Positions 63,407 to 64,000 of a stretch of DNA of 64,000 nucleotides are shown piece by piece; the first letter of the stretch is position 1; each line of letters begins with the position of its first letter. Position numbers and translations under genes: made by a program. The stretch spans positions 32,001 through 96,000 of IMG/VR virus record IMGVR_UViG_2974670102_000001; one strand, given 5' to 3'. The stretch is from a virus. Lineage: Duplodnaviria; Caudoviricetes. The notes under the pieces were generated by a model. The model was given only the letters and a program-made list of their open reading frames with translations, was not told the origin of the DNA and made no database searches.

Positions 63407-64000
63407 TACTTCGCCTTCTTCGATGCGACCTTCTTAGCCGCAGGTTTAGCCGTTGCTGCTTCCTTCTTTACTGCAACCTTCTTGGCAGCAGGTTTGGCCG
63501 GAGCCTCGTCTTCGTCGGCCGCGCTGTCGCTCGGGAGACCCAGCATCTGGCGTCGGTAGTCCACGTCGTCGGCCATCAGCTTCACGAAGTCCACGTGATC
63601 AGCGTCGCCTAGCGGCTTGATCTTGATCATGTGTCGCGTGTCCGGGTCCATGATGAGAGTCCGAATCAGACCTTCGTTCATTTCCCCGTAGCCCTTGACG
63701 TGGCGCACGTCCACGTTCTTGATGCCCTTGGCGGCCAGCTTGCGCTGCACTTCACCGAGCGTCGCGCCCACGAACAACTCGCCCTTCGCCTCGGCGTAGA
63801 ACTCCGGTGCGTTTGCCACGTACACCATGCCGCGCTCGAACAGGCCGGGCAGGAACTTGTACATCAGCGCCAGAAGCAGGCTGTTGATGTGACAGTTCGC
63901 GCTCATGATACCGGAAGGAAGCATGAAGTGGTGATACTTCGGGACCGTCAGGCAGTACACGGGCACCGGCTCCGCTTGCTCCTGCACACGCAGTTTCGAG
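63406..64000 (-). CDS. type IIA DNA topoisomerase subunit B, C-terminal part (5' end outside the window), intein-containing
   Basis: HI..LLL...LF..G.VY.A..P, KGYGEMN, MDP..R, RR; Lys/Ala-rich tail. Confidence 0.9.
   Translation of the reverse strand, partial: SKLRVQEQAEPVPVYCLTVPKYHHFMLPSGIMSANCHINSLLLALMYKFLPGLFERGMVYVANAPEFYAEAKGELFVGATLGEVQRKLAAKGIKNVDVRHVKGYGEMNEGLIRTLIMDPDTRHMIKIKPLGDADHVDFVKLMADDVDYRRQMLGLPSDSAADEDEAPAKPAAKKVAVKKEAATAKPAAKKVASKKAK
63895..64000 (-). mobile_element. intein C-terminal splicing region in topoisomerase subunit B
   Basis: PVYCLTVPKYHHFMLPSGIMSAN|C corresponds to intein blocks F and G, terminal Asn, +1 Cys. Confidence 0.85.

Noticed and set aside
4792-63559. 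Many long plus-strand ORFs (e.g. 9527..11428, 25807..27534, 32113..33660, 43417..45072, 55400..57367, 60557..62335)
   Set aside because: They are antisense shadows of strongly codon-biased GC-rich genes, with Arg/Val/Leu-rich translations, no RBS and no recognisable motifs.
1-64000. tRNA, rRNA or tmRNA genes
   Set aside because: Intergenic gaps are short and no cloverleaf with a T-loop and acceptor stem was recognised; tRNAscan-SE or ARAGORN would be needed to exclude them fully.
1-64000. Stop-codon reassignment or programmed frameshifts
   Set aside because: Recognisable genes are full length in the standard code, with tight ATGA/TAATG coupling.

Overview
This 64 kb window is part of a GC-rich, large myovirus (jumbo-phage-like) genome, probably from a Burkholderiales-like host (inferred from composition only). 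Almost all genes are on the minus strand. ~1-25.6 kb is a late morphogenesis block: tail tube, tail sheath, probable tail terminator, major capsid protein, decoration protein, scaffold, prohead protease, SNF2-type helicase, neck proteins and many small putative head proteins. ~24-46 kb covers nucleotide, NAD and RNA metabolism: dCMP deaminase, two stand-alone Nudix proteins, a MazG-like pyrophosphatase, PC4, Nampt plus NadM-Nudix NAD salvage, NAD-dependent DNA ligase, an ACP-like protein, a metallophosphoesterase, YqeY and RtcB. ~46-54 kb holds small early ORFs behind sigma70-like promoters. ~54-64 kb has a possible sigma-like factor, an RNA ligase, an Acb1-fold protein, a histone H1-like protein, and topoisomerase II subunits A and B, the latter with an intein. 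The most notable observations are: (1) a shared [VILT]-x-A-A-x-R-L peptide in 11 copies across seven unrelated late proteins, a candidate capsid-targeting or maturation signal; (2) a duplicated, covarying two-hairpin RNA leader before both NAD-salvage genes; (3) apparent decoy versions of known proteins (a truncated major-capsid paralog, an ACP lacking its Ser, an Acb1-fold protein with degenerate HxT motifs, an RMF-like peptide); (4) two phage-specific promoter motifs. No tRNA, rRNA or CRISPR array was seen. All homology calls come from motif recognition by eye; no database search was run.
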